Assembly (NCBI RefSeq): GCF_006345805.1
Contig: NW_021833720.1
Coordinates: forward strand, 1-55,669
Length of the DNA: 55,669 nucleotides
Direction: 5' to 3'
Origin: Octopus sinensis
Lineage: Eukaryota
The notes under the pieces were generated by a model, which was given only the letters and a program-made list of their open reading frames with translations, ran no database searches and was not told the DNA's origin. A program made the translations under genes and the position numbers. Of this stretch, positions 26,746 to 40,509 are shown in pieces. The stretch's first letter is position 1, and every line of letters begins with the position of its first letter.

Positions 26746-27526
26746 TACATAGTGCATTCAAGAAGTGTCCAGCCCTTGGGCATTGAAAAAAATAGCAAAC
26801 AATTTTGTACAGTTCGCAAATTTTATTTAATCTCTTTAAGTGTTTCTGCCACTGCTTGTAATACATCTGGAACACCTTTGCCAGAATGCTATGGAAGTCT
26901 GGCAATTTCCTCTTGTGATTCAAATGGCTTCCCTTTCAGTGTGGTTTTCAGTTTGTGGAAGAGCCAGAAGGTTAGGTTTTTCAGAAGCACAGCCCCCTAA
27001 AAATCCCCTGTGTATTATACTCAAGGGCAGACTATGCTCGAAGATTTATGGTAATTTCCTGAACTGTTACATGATGTTCTTCTATGACTATTTGCCAAAC
27101 CATCTCAATAGGCTCCTCATTTCAGCTTGTGAATAACCTGCCTACGAGTACCTCACTCTCCACTGAAATGAAGCCATGTCTGAAATGGTTGTATCACTCT
27201 TTTATCTGAGTTTCATTCATGGCATCATTGCCAAAGACCTGCTGAATCCTCTGGATATTCTGAGCTTAAGTAACACCAAGCTTTTGCCAAAACTTGATGC
27301 AATATCTTTGTTTGATACACTCAGTGAAAATTAAAATCCAACAAGCATGCACTACATGTCTGTATTCTAAGCCTAATAGCCAGGAACTAATGCAGCCTAT
27401 TGGCACAAAAATTTTCAAATAAGCATAGAAAGGATGGCATCACTTCCCATGTAAACGATTTTGCCCACAATGCATTAGTTTTGGAAGGGAAAAATAATGT
27501 CAGATACCTTTTGAATGCATCTTGTG
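26746..27526 (-). mobile_element. Decayed, internally deleted mariner (different subfamily)
   Basis: Imperfect TIRs (catagtgcattcaagaagtgtccag / cagataccttttgaatgcatcttgtg). N-terminal remnant IKQRYCIKFWQKLG…QIKE and C-terminal remnant FWLFHKLKTTLKGKPFES. Confidence 0.75.
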
Positions 27527-28316
27527 TGCACAGTCACACACATACACACACGCAAACATATATATATATATTTATGTATATAATGGGCTTCTGTCAGTTT
27601 CCATCAACAAAATACTCTCACAAGGCTCTGGTTGGCCTATGGCTATAGATGATATATTCCTAAGATACCCTGCAGTGGGAGTGAACGGAAAACTGTGGTT
27701 GGTAAGTAAAATTTTAACTGCACAGCCATGGCTGTATGACTAAGTGGGTTCACACACACACTCACACAAGCAAGCACACTCATACACACAAGCACACACA
27801 GATATATATATATATATTATATATATATATACACACACACAGACACACACACATATACACACATTATTTTAATGAAATACATCTTGTAATCACCTGAGGA
27901 GAGAGGTCTACACCGACAGATACACTTAAACCAGTTGTTAACTATCCCACTCATGAAGGATCAATGCTGCATGGGTCGAACCCATTGTAGCGATCAATAA
28001 ACTTCCTCATATCTTCCATCTCCCATCTCTCTCATTAATCAAAGATACACACACACACACATATACGTGTGTACACAATGGGATTCATTCAGTTTCCATC
28101 AACAAAATCCACTAAGAAGTCTTCCTAGGGCTACAGCAGAAGACACTTGCCCAAAGTGTCATGCAGTGAGACTGAACCTGGAACCATGTGGAGTGAAAGC
28201 AAACTTCCTACCATACAGCCACACATGTATGAATGCTGATGATGCAGTCAAAACAGATTTGAGTGCATATACATACATGTGGCTAGTTCTGTGCCCACAG
28301 ATTCTCAGACTCACAG

Positions 28317-28351
<35 letters not shown>

Positions 28352-28893
28352 CGCACACACGCACACACACACACACACGTACTCATGCTAACAGGCACCA
28401 ATAAATTGTACTTATACTAAGAGAAATTTGAACATCACCATTCTCTAGAATCGAACTAATGAATACATTTAATCTAACACTCATACATAGAGACACAGAC
28501 ACACATATGCAAAAACACACAGATATATGCATTCATGCAATCACAGTCATATGTTTATTTAAGCAAACACACAGAAAAGCACACACACACACACAAACAT
28601 ATGCACCCACACACATGTACACATGTACGTTCAGGTCTCTATTTTTAACTCCTATAATTCCAAGAAGTATAGGAATCTCAGAAACATTGTTCACAATGAT
28701 TTAGCTTCTTTCATCTCTATAGAAAGTTCCAAATAATTGAACAATGCACTTAATAATCGACACTTCATTTTACCATTCCTATTTCTGTACAACTAACCAA
28801 TACCTTTGTCTTTGCAGCCTTGTTTTTACTTCTTTGTATTGTTTTGCATTCTCATACATGCATAAATGTATATATTATATATGTGTATGCTTG

Positions 28894-28926
<33 letters not shown>

Positions 28927-28944
28927 AATTATATATATATATAT

Positions 28945-28979
<35 letters not shown>

Positions 28980-29049
28980 ATAAACATATATATATATATA
29001 CACATATATTGGTACTTATATATATAATATATTTAAATATATATGTGTG

Positions 29050-29084
<35 letters not shown>

Positions 29085-29559
29085 CTCTTTATCTCTTTAT
29101 GATATTTTTCTATTGCTTTTTTGCCAACCTACCCACTACAATTTTTGCAAGAGACAGTCAGTGAATGCAAAGAAAAGGTAGGTTTGCAGTGCATATCCAT
29201 ATTTTGAAACAAAATAGCTGACTAGAATGGATAAAGTATTGAAGTATTGACAGTGCAGTCACAGAGGTCTCCAGTTCAAATCTAAAGTAATTTTTTAGCA
29301 AGACATACCATTAAACATATATCTGTATTTCATAGCAGGTGGTTCAGGTCAGATTAAGTAACAGCTTGCTTCAAAGTGTTTCCTAAGATTAGACTGGAGT
29401 TATAAAACTTGAACCTATGGTTAGATATGTGATGAGAACACCTGTATAGATTCTTTCTTAAATTTTCATGTTTAATGCCATGAATTTTTGAGAACACCGT
29501 TCATTGCAATACACAAAATTTATTAATGAACATAAATATGCATACATGTACACACATAC

Positions 29560-29841
29560 ACACAATGCATACATACTCTAATATTATTTATTCTAGGAGA
29601 TGACAAGGGAGTCTTTACCTTATATATATATATCCAACTTCAGGGAGCAGAACAGGTAAAATCCAGGCTATATATGTTTTCTGTCTAGCAGCTCCTCTCC
29701 CTCATTGAGTAATTATTACATCAGAGAATCTGCTAGCTGGAAAACATATGTAGCTTGGAGCATACCTCCCTCAATTTGGATTTTTATTTGCATTCATATC
29801 AACAAACACACACTCACACATACACACACACACACACACAT

Positions 29842-29884
<43 letters not shown>

Positions 29885-30180
29885 GTATATACATACATAC
29901 ACACAATGCATACATACTCTAATATTATTTATTCTAGGAGATGACAAGGGAGTCTTTACCTTATATATATATATCCAACTTCAGGGAGCAGAACAGGTAA
30001 AATCCAGGCTATATATGTTTTTCTGTCTAGCAGCTCCTCTCCCTCATTGAGTAATTATTACATCAGAGAATCTGCTAGCTGGAAAACATATGTAGCTTGG
30101 AGCATACCTCCCTCAATTTGGATTTTTATTTGCATTCATATCAACAAACACACACTCACACATACACACACACACACATA
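29560..30180. repeat. Near-identical direct tandem duplication, period 341 bp
   Basis: acacaatgcatacatactctaat… starts at 29560 and at 29901. The unique parts look identical and only the microsatellite lengths differ. Confidence 0.9.
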
Positions 30181-30277
30181 TATATATATATAGAGGGAGA
30201 GAGTGTTGGGATAGGAAATAAATGAAAGGTGATCTGAGAATCCAGACAGTTACTTCAGTAAATAATCCTGCAAATAC

Positions 30278-30363
30278 CAGTGACCAGACAATATAGAAAG
30301 AAACAATGCTTCAGTAGAAGTCTGGATTTCACAAAGAAGGAAAACCCAGGATATTTTCTTGAG
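30278..30363 (-). CDS. Candidate internal exon (SRKYPGFSFFVKSRLLLKHCFFLYCLVT; alternative frame and donor possible)
   Basis: Pyrimidine-rich acceptor …tttcatactatgcag|, donor |gtattt, 86 nt. Phase-compatible with 11915-11987. Confidence 0.25.
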
Positions 30364-30750
30364 CTGCATAGTATGAAATAATGAGTAAAAGAATATATCA
30401 CAGCTATTCCTTAGTTGCACATAGGTCAAATAAATCATGTAACAAACTGGAAAGTATGAATATAGATAATGATTATGTAATACAAACGAAATAATATAGA
30501 TTATATAACATGAAACTAATAGTCATGATCAAATGAGTAAATTAATGTCTTTATTTATTCATTCAGTCAAGCTGAAATGACCGTGGTTTTATGTAATATA
30601 ATCAATATTACATAATCATTACTTATATTCGTGTTTTCCAGCTTGTTAAATGATTTATTTAATGTGTATGTTGCTGAAACAGCTGTAACCATGGGAGAAG
30701 TGCAATACCGGTACCTCCATTCTTTTGTTTGTTACATATGTATATGTATG

Positions 30751-31137
30751 GAAGCGCAATGGCCCAGTGGTTAGGGCAGCGAAGTCGTGGTCATAGGATC
30801 GCGGTTTCGATTCCCAGACCGGGCGTTGTGAGTGTTTATTGAGCGAAAACACCTAACAATTCCACGAGGCTCCGGCAGGGGATGGTGGTGATCCCTGCTG
30901 TACTCTTTCACCACAACTTTCTCTCGCACTTACTTCCTGTTTCTGTTGTACCTGTATTTCAAGGGGCCGGCCTTGTCACTCTCTGTGTCACGCTGAATAT
31001 CCCCGAGAACTACGTTAAGGGTGCATGTGTCTGTGGAGTGCTCAGCCACTTACACGTTAATTTCACAAGCAGGCTGTTCCGTTGATTCGGATCAACCGGA
31101 ACCCTCATCATCGTAACTGACGGAGTGCTTCCAATCC
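30751..31137 (+). mobile_element. tRNA-headed SINE family D
   Basis: Clear A box (tggcccagtggttagg) and B box (ggtttcgattccc), CpG-rich body, caatc tail. Confidence 0.8.
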
Positions 31138-31166
31138 AATCAAAAATGTATATGTATATATATCTA

Positions 31167-31208
<42 letters not shown>

Positions 31209-31237
31209 ATTTGTATATACATACATACACACACATG

Positions 31238-31270
<33 letters not shown>

Positions 31271-31279
31271 CTAAATAAA

Positions 31280-31520
31280 TGCGCCCTTTTAAAGCCTAGC
31301 CAGCCTCATGGGCCCGGTTTCCCGGTTTCAATGGTGTATGTGTTCCCCAGCTGGACGGGACGCCAGTCCATCGCAGCGTTACTCATTTTTGCCAGCTGAG
31401 TCGACTGGAGCAACATGAAATGAAGTGTTTTGCTCAAGAACACAACACATCGCCCAGTCCAGGAATCAAAATCACAATCTTACGATCATGATTCTGACAC
31501 CCTAACCACTAAGCCATGCA
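31280..31520 (-). mobile_element. SINE family E
   Basis: Reverse complement of the units at 12168-12660. Confidence 0.75.
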
Positions 31521-31539
31521 CGTTCACACACACACACAC

Positions 31540-31735
31540 ACATCATCATCATCATCATCATCGTTTAACGTCCGTTCTCCATGCTAGCATGGGTTGGACG
31601 GTTCTACCGGGGATCTGGGAAGCCAGAAGGCTGCACCAGGCTCCAGTCTTATCTGGCAATGTTTCTACAGCTGGATGCCCTTCCTAATGCCAACCACTCC
31701 GTGAGTGTAGTGGGTGCTTTTTACGTGCCACCTGC
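31540..31735 (-). mobile_element. Family C element with (GAT)n tail
   Basis: Matches 20040-20260 and 3980-4210. Confidence 0.8.
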
Positions 31736-31739
31736 ACAC

Positions 31740-31764
<25 letters not shown>

Positions 31765-31771
<7 letters not shown>

Positions 31772-31940
31772 TATGATGGGTAAATTGTGCCCAGTTTATA
31801 CTTTTAATATCATGCAGGCACATTATTTCTTTTGGATTTTATTGACTACACCATATAGTAGGGCCAGCTGGATATCATCTGTGAGAAAAACGGTACTATG
31901 ATACAATTCGCTCTGCTAGAGATCTGGAAACGATGTGCTG
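31765..31940 (+). mobile_element. 5' fragment of the maT-like element
   Basis: cagagtatgatgggtaaattgtg… matches the start of 563-1145 and the end of 23981-24873. Confidence 0.65.
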
Positions 31941-32400
31941 CAGTGTTGCTGGAACCATGTGGCTGGTAAGCAAGCTACTTAGCACACAGCCACTTCTGCA
32001 CCTATGCTATTGACAACAGTACTTGATTGTGGTGCTTTATTTCATCAAACTTTCAGTGATGAAAGACTCAGTTGACCTCACCAGGATTTGAACTTATGAT
32101 GTAAAGAATTGGTACAGGCACTGCAGAGTATTTTGCTTGGTACACTGACAATTCTGCCAACTCACTAATCTCAATTCCTGTGAAAAGAAGATGTTTGATT
32201 CAGCTTTCATCTTACACTTGTTTCAATCATTGAACTGCAACCAAGCCTTGAAGGGTTTTCGTGAAACAAATTGACCGCAGTACTTATGTTCTTAAAACCT
32301 GGTCCCTATTCTATCAATCCCCAATGTTGAACTGCATTATATTTAATAACTATTAATATTCATTCTAATGACTGCATTTTGCATGTAAATTCTATATCTC

Positions 32401-32793
32401 TTTCTCTTTTCTCTTTTGCTTGTTTCAGTCATTTGACTGCGGCCATGCTGGAGCACTGCCTTTAGTCGAGCAAATCAACCCTGGGACTTATTCTTTGTAA
32501 GCCCAGTACTTACTCTATCAGTCTCTTTTGCCGAATCGCTAAGTGACAGGGACGTAAACACACCAGCATCGGTTGTCAAGCAATTCTAGGGGGACAAACA
32601 CAGACACACATATATATACATATACATATATATACGACAGGCTTCTTTCAGTTTCTGTCTACCAAATCCACTCAGAAGGCACTGGTCAGCCCGGAGCTAT
32701 AGCAGAAGACACTTGCCCAAGATACCACGCAGTGGGACTGAACCTGGAACCATGCGGCTGGTTAGCAAGCTACTTACCACACAGCCACTCCTA
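32401..32793 (-). mobile_element. SINE family A, full-length
   Basis: Reverse complement of 49722-50180. Confidence 0.9.
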
Positions 32794-32889
32794 TATTAAA
32801 TTCTATAAGGATTATTAATTAGATTACTCATATTATTATTAATATTAGCAAGCCAGATAATGGCTTTCCTCTGTCTTTATGTTTTGAGA

Positions 32890-33580
32890 TCACATGTTGC
32901 TAAAGTCAACTTTACCTTTCATCCTTTTGGGGTCAATAAAATAAACACCAGTTCGGAACTGGGGTTGACTTACCCCTCCCCTAAATTTCAGGCCTTGTAT
33001 CTATGATAGAAAGAATTATTATTCTTTTCTACTCTAGACACAAGGCCAGAAATTTGGGGGAGGGAGCCAGTCAATCAGATCAACGCCAGTATGCAACTGG
33101 TACTTAATTTATCAACCCCGAAAGGATGAAAGGCAAAGTCGACCTCAGAGGAATTTGAACTCAGAACTCAGAACGTAAAGACAAAAGAAATTCCGCTAAG
33201 CATTTCACCTGCTGTGCTAACATTTCTTTGCTCACCAGACAAAATACTCAGCAGTATTTTATCTGTCTTTATGTTCTAAATTCAAATACTGCCATGGTCA
33301 ACTTAGTCTTTTATTTTTCAGAGTTGACTAAACAGTACCAGTGGAACATGGGGTCAATATAATTGACTAGCCCCCTCCCCGCAAATTGCTGGTCTTATGG
33401 CAAAATTCGAAACTATCATCATCATCATCATTATTATTAATATTAAAAGCAACGAGCTGACAGAGTTGTTAGCACGCAGGACAAAATGCTTAAATAATAC
33501 CAGTTACGCACTGGGGTCGATGGTAATCGACTTAATCCCTTCCCCCAAATTTGAGGCCTTGTGCTTCCAGAAGAAAGGAT
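32890..33580. mobile_element. Cluster of SINE family B fragments in alternating orientation
   Basis: Repeated ctttcatcc…ggggtc and gaaaggatgaaaggcaaagtcgacc blocks. Confidence 0.7.
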
Positions 33581-33584
33581 TATT

Positions 33585-34110
33585 ACTATTATTATTATTA
33601 TTATTATTATGATTATTATTATTATTATTATTATTATTATTGAGTGAGAGAGCAGTGCATGCCATCAAAGTGACACTGGGGTAAAATACACAAAGCCCAG
33701 TATACCCATCATGACTACCCATCTGATAAGGGTACACTAGGCACATGCATCACAACCATATATGTGCAACATGGTGATCTCATATCACGATTAACAGCAC
33801 ATGACTTTGCAGGTGGGGCCCATTCAGAATTTTCTTCTGGTCGAGTAACCCATCCAACTCAAAAGGGTTGTTTAAGGATGTTGAACAAAACATCCATGGT
33901 TACAGAGGTGAATTATTCAAACCCCAAAGAATTCCTCTCAACACATGGCTATGATGCTCCCCCACTACTTCTGCTCGTGATCAGAGATGCACATATCATC
34001 AGCCCCTAAGGGACATGCTCAACTGGATAAGGTCAAAAAACTGACAAGCAAATCAGTGGTATTGAGCAGAATATTTGCTGTAGCCAATCTTTTATACCAA
34101 GACAAAACAA
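33585..34110 (-). mobile_element. Probable LINE 3' UTR with (AAT)n tail
   Basis: A (TTA)n tract abuts a GC-balanced non-coding block. Assignment is by architecture only. Confidence 0.4.
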
Positions 34111-34315
34111 TGTACATAACACTGTTTTGTCCATTGTTTTGTCTTTATTATTATTGCTATTATTATTATTATTATTATCATCATCAGCATCAGAGCTGCA
34201 CTTTAATAAACTGAGTGTACTCTGGGACTATGTCACTAATATAAATTGAAAGATACATTATTGAGACGTATTTGATTTGTGTGTGTGTGTGTGTACATAT
34301 GTATATGTATATATG

Positions 34316-34353
<38 letters not shown>

Positions 34354-34355
34354 GC

Positions 34356-34397
<42 letters not shown>

Positions 34398-34848
34398 TAC
34401 ATATACATTTTTACTTTTTTAATTCTTTGACACATTTTGTTTATTTAACCATGATGGATTTGTCATTTTTGTATATTTAGTAAATTAATGAATTTTTTCT
34501 ATATTTTGTTTTCTGTTTTTATTCCATGTTTTTTTTAATCTAATTTATTTATTATTCTTTATATTATATAATTTGTTACTACCATTTTCTATAAGATTTG
34601 ATATCAATTTTTTGCATTTTGTTTTCTAAATTAATGATGGATGATGATGTATTCATATAGTTTTTCTTTCCTCTTTTACTTATAATTGAATTCTTCCAGT
34701 AAAGAAAATGATTACTAGCCAAGGAATAATGCTTCATCACTGGAATCTAGATGAAACAACAGTAAAGACTTAAATTTTGAATTTTAGAAAAGTCTTGCAT
34801 ATTTTTACCATTCCACTTACAGGTTGCAATTAGCAAAATCCAAGGTAC

Positions 34849-35010
34849 CTACTCAAATATCTATGTGCAAACACCAGCTTTTTGAAGTTATCCTTTAGGC
34901 GTTTAGTAACATAGACAAGCACCAAAATAATAATGGGTAGAAAATGTGGAATTATAATGCGGGTAGGAAAATTGTAGGTTTCCAAGGAGTTACCCATGAA
35001 TATTATTTTC
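34849..35010 (-). CDS. Candidate exon (…NFPTRIIIPHFLPIIILVLVYVTKRLKDNFKKLVFAHRYLS)
   Basis: Lies inside ORF 34830-35075. A TM-like stretch is followed by basic residues. AG|gtacct donor; the acceptor is weak. Confidence 0.2.
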
Positions 35011-35849
35011 CTGACCAGTTCTGATATGAATTTTACATTTATTTGATGACAGATATATTTTCCTATTTTAAACAACTATAGCAGACCTGTCATATATGCA
35101 TTTGGTAAAATGTCTGATGTTCCACCAATTATGCTGAAACTTAAGTATATATATCCAACTTGAGTATTATTTTTTTTTATATCTATCCAAGATAGTTTTT
35201 CCTGCAATTGGCTTTGCATACATTTTAGCAGCATAATGTTGCATTGAAAAGTTGTACCTTTATGACATTTTTGGACAGCTTCTGATCACATATGTAATAT
35301 TTTCTAGAGAAATGCTATATAATTGTCATTTTCAGTCATATCTTTGGGGGTTTGAGGACTTCACACATTTTTATATTCAATAGGTATTTTGTAGCTTTCT
35401 CCTTCAATTGGATCACAAAAGCATATTGCTTAAAATACGATATGATACAATGGTAATAATTCCATGGCAGGCTACACTTCCTATCGACATTCAAAATCTC
35501 TCCAATAGTGAAGTTTTTTTTAACACTGTACATTTTTAAAGGGATTTTTCTCTGATGAAAAATTGCACCTCTTGGTATCCTAATAACATAAATACATTAA
35601 GTATCATAATCATCATCATTTAACGTCCGCCTTCCTTGCTGGCATGGGTTGGACAGATTGACAAGAGCTGGCTAGGCAGAAGACTGCACTAAACTTTGCT
35701 CTCTGTTTTGGCATTCTGCAGAGTGGACTGAGCGCTTTTTACATAGCACCAGCACAAGTGAGGTCAGTTTTGGCAAGGCTTTTTACAGTTGGATGCACTT
35801 TCAAGAAATCTGCATAATGTAGAAGATGTCTTCAAAAAGGAACTAGATA

Positions 35850-36790
35850 TCCTCCTCTCTACAATACCTGATGAACCAACTGCCTGACATGAGGTGCAAA
35901 TGAGGGCAGTGGAATCAAACTCCTTTATACACCTATGGACCAACAACTGGGACAACTCATCATTGTGACACCAATCTCTCCATCACTCCTCTAACTACAG
36001 CACTATTTTCTCAGCTGCCATAGTTGTATGACAGCTAATCTGTACATATTCCAGCCCCACTTCAGTGCTACCAAGTAGCCCATCACCTTGGAACCACCCT
36101 CCTTACTACTCATCTTGCACTCGCAGAATCATTCTTTGCCATTATATTTAACTTGAATGCTCCTTTTCCATGAACATGTTCTCATATTTGCCAGTGATGC
36201 CCCATCCTTTATTGTAACCCCACATACCTCTGATCTCCATCTCAGTTACTGTGTCTCTTTTCTCCCTACAACAATTCACCTTATCTCTCTATATTATTCC
36301 TCACCTGTCTACAGTTATATCATACTGTTGTTCCCCAGCCCATCTTTATGTATTAGCTCATATTACCACCTTCTCCTGCTCCTCTTTGAACCACTCCTAT
36401 TTTCCTTATATTCCTCCCAACTGAGATTCACCATCCATATTCATAACTCACTGTATCTACTTCTATCCCCATCCCTATTGTTTGTCACTCTCTTTTCACA
36501 TCCTCACAAACCTACCTACTCACCCAGCCATCCCCAATTCTCTGCCCATTCTCACTCTTTATTTACCTTCTTGTAACTTGAGGGTATGTTCTGATACCTC
36601 ATTTTCACCATCTTTCTACTTTTCCTGTTGGAGTAGCCATGTTCCCACTCCACAGTAAAACATCTGTTCCTGTCCTCTATAATACTTTAGCCTCTCAACA
36701 GAAGGATAAAGCCACGACCTTCAATTCTGCACTCCCACTCCATCAAGAGGTTTTGTCTTGCACATTGCATGATGACATCACTAGTCCTGG
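35850..36790 (-). mobile_element. Highly decayed LINE (RTE-like) 5'/APE region
   Basis: Purine-rich minus strand with faint APE-like remnants (gatgtcatcatgcaatgtgcaagac… resembling the DV..CVQET motif). Confidence 0.3.
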
Positions 36791-37427
36791 TGCCACAAAA
36801 GAAAAACAAAAAAAACATTCAGTACACTTTGTTAAAGGTTTGGCATTACAAGTAGCATCCAACCAAAGAAAACTTACTAAAGTAAACATTGGTATCTAAT
36901 GTAGCCCTTTCGCTAATTGGATCCTGTTGAACTATCCAATCAAATGCCAGCATGAAATAACGACATTAAATAATGATGATAATAATGATGATGATAATAA
37001 TGATGATGATGACAGCAACAATGACAACTTTCACATCATAAGGTTGTTAAAATGCTTCATATTTACTGAGACCGATATGTATTTAGTGCCTCTATAATTA
37101 ATGAGATATATAAAGAAATCCAGCTTCTCTTAACGTAAGATTATAAGTATATTTGGAAAATGTATACATATTGTCCTACCCATGCTAGCATGGAAGGCAA
37201 TTGTTAAATGATGATGATGATGATAATATATCTGTATGAGTGTGTAAGTGCATGCACATGTGTAGTTAGATAAATAGTTTAGCTTCTTTCCTTACACACA
37301 CATATATATATACATATATAAACATACATTTATACATATGTATATATCGATATATATGCATAAGAAATACACTGTGTGTATACACACATACATTTATACA
37401 TATATGCATATATATAAATATACATAC

Positions 37428-37495
<68 letters not shown>

Positions 37496-39304
37496 GTATA
37501 TATACATTAACACACACACATACATATATACATACATCATATAAATATGTATATATATTATATAGATGCATGCACTTAATTTTATTAATGTTTTTCATAT
37601 TCAATTTCCTCACATCGTTCACATCACCACCTGCACTGCATTCACTTTCTTAATATTTCTTCCTGCATTTTAGTGAAAAATTATTATTATTATTTTTTGG
37701 CTGGATGGGAAGGAAGAGACATTTATTGACCCTAAATTTAATTGGAATTTTCCACAAGTCCCAAGAGTTTCTGATATCAAGGATTCATTCCTATATAGCT
37801 GGTGGCAAATCTGTTAAAATGAACATGGTGTGATGAAGTCTGCTGGGTTGGTTAAAAGAGATGTTTAGTTCTGATGCTAGTATTCTCATCTGGTGGCTTT
37901 CTCTATGCTGTGAACCACTTTTATTTTTATAGCTAGTTTTATTTTTAGCTTGATGATAAGGGATTTTGTTGTTGTTTTAGCTTTTCTTCGTTCCTGCATT
38001 AGTTTTGCCTCATTGTTTATCCTCAACTCAACATCGTCTCCTACTCAGACATTGGCTGTGCATACAGCGTACCTGATGCATACCACAGTAAATGACATAC
38101 AGTAGATATTTTAAGATATTTTAACCCATAGAAGATCTTAATATTTCCGAAGTCTTTGAATATTTTACTAAAGTTTTGTGAGACTAATAACCTGATGTGG
38201 AACTCGATATATGTATGTTTCAGAACAGACTGTTAGATTAATATAGAGTGGTGATAAGAAAATGGGATGACACAAGAAAAACGACGATTCAGTTATAAAC
38301 TTCATTAGCTAACAGCTGTTTCTGTGATAAGATGCAGTGGACTCATAGTTGAGTGCCTTAATAACATCCTATAGTTTCATCTGCAAAAGTCTTCTTCTTA
38401 TGGCCATTTCTGATAACCTATGATAAAAGTAAGAGCTAACAAGTATGTCTGTGTTTCTCAGTTAACTATAAAAAAAGTAAAATCTCCTTGAAATTAAACC
38501 CTATCTTTTAAAATAATTAAAGACTCATTAGATAATAGAGTACTTGATATGTATCTTTAGCAATACAGAGAAAATGGTCATGACCGCAGAAGTAATTGTT
38601 TGACAAAGATTTGTTATATATCATTTCTATTAAAAAATGTGATACTTATGGAAAGAGGAAACTGTTTATATGCAATATTCAGAAAAACTATTTATATATG
38701 CGATTTAGAAAAACCTAAGCAAGGTTCACCAAAATGATTAGACTATGAAAATGATTATATGATAACATTATTCTTTTTTTATTTGATATGTATTATTATG
38801 AGCATAGTACTGCAGTAGCCATTATTGTTATGATATGTATCATATACAATAATGCAGCATTGTTATATACATTTACTTATATTATTGAGTTGTGTTTTTA
38901 AAATTGTTGAAGGATGGTTATAAATTTTATTAATAAACTGCATTTTCTCATAAGAGCTTTGTTTATTTGTATCTAAGTATGAAAGTTATTTCCTGAAAAC
39001 TGTCAACACTAAGGTTTGTATCAACTATAATCTTTAAATCTAATTGTATGAAGATATTGATTAGCTCTTTCCTAGAACTACACATTTCATGCCAGATCAT
39101 AATACACAAAGTAATTAAACCATCATCACCGTATAAACCACTTTGTGAAGATTAAACTTCTTAGAATTAAATGTAAAATATGACATTCAGATTAGTCATA
39201 AATTTCAGCTCCATCAGTGCTTCTTATAAAACCACGAAACAAATTTTCACTACTCTTTTCAAAAAATGTTTGAAAATATATATATATATATATATATATA
39301 TTCA

Positions 39305-39525
39305 TATTTCTATGTTGCCCAAAAGGGGCTAAACACAGAGGGGAAAAACAAGACATTAAGTCGATTACATCGCCCCCAGTGCGTAATTGGTACTTAATTT
39401 ATCGACCCCTGAAAGGATGAAAGGCAAAGTTGACCTCGGCAGAATTTGAACTCAGAACATAACGGCAGACGAAATACCGCTAAGCATTTCGCCCGGTGTG
39501 CTAACATTTCTGCCAGCTCGCCACC
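39305..39525 (-). mobile_element. SINE family B, full-length
   Basis: Matches 13128-13357. Confidence 0.88.
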
Positions 39526-39904
39526 TTAATGTATATATATCATCATCATCATCATCATTTAACGTCAATTTCCATGCTAGCATGGGTTGATATATATATA
39601 TATCACCAGACTGTGGCTATATTGGAGCCTCTCATTCAATAATTAATAATGAAGGAACCTGAAGTTATTTTATCAACCTGTTTGCTTGTTTGTCAAACTA
39701 TATACAGAACATAACCAATGACATTTCATTCTAAGCAATGTAAACACAAATTCAGACACAGGTACCAACAAAAATACATACATGCATGCACACATATGCA
39801 CATATATATTTACACTTGTGTATGTGCATGTATGTGTTTGCATGCATATTTGTGTGTGTGTGTGGTGTGTGTGTGTGTGTGTGTACATACAGATATATAT
39901 ATAC

Positions 39905-40147
39905 TCTTTTCTTTACATGTTTAAGTCATTTGACTGCAGCCATGCTGGAGCACTGTCTGTATTTGAGCAAATTGACCCCAGGACTTATTCTATTGGTCTC
40001 TTTTGCCGAATCGCTAAGTTACAGGGATGTACAGACACCAGCATCGGTTATCAAGTGATGTTGGGGGGACAAACACAGACACAAAAACATATATACACAC
40101 ACATGCATATATATATATATATATACCAACTTTCTCATCTATATATA

Positions 40148-40179
<32 letters not shown>

Positions 40180-40463
40180 CCGGAGTAAACACATAAATGT
40201 GAAACAAGGTGGAAAAAAGAGTACTCAAATACCAGTGGTAGAGTAATATGCTTTATTTAAAGCAGCAGAAAATTCAACAAAATCTGTTACTCTGAGTTTC
40301 TCGTTGCCGTTCATCAGACAGTTTTTGCTAGAATGGAACCGATATATCAATTCAATCTAGACTTAGAATGAATTGATATATCGGTTCCATTCTAGCAAAA
40401 ACTGTCTGATGAACGGCAACGAGAAACTCAGAGTAACAGATTTTGTTGAATTTTCTGCTGCTT

Positions 40464-40509
<46 letters not shown>

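Noticed and set aside
30751-30830. tRNA gene
   Set aside because: A and B boxes are present, but there is no closed cloverleaf or terminator and it continues into a SINE body. It is a SINE head.
38186-38355. Two convergent HHR-like relics (cctgatgtgg…gaacagactgtt; minus ctatga…gaaacagctgtt)
   Set aside because: Cores are missing conserved bases and stem I is unpaired, so they are too decayed to call.
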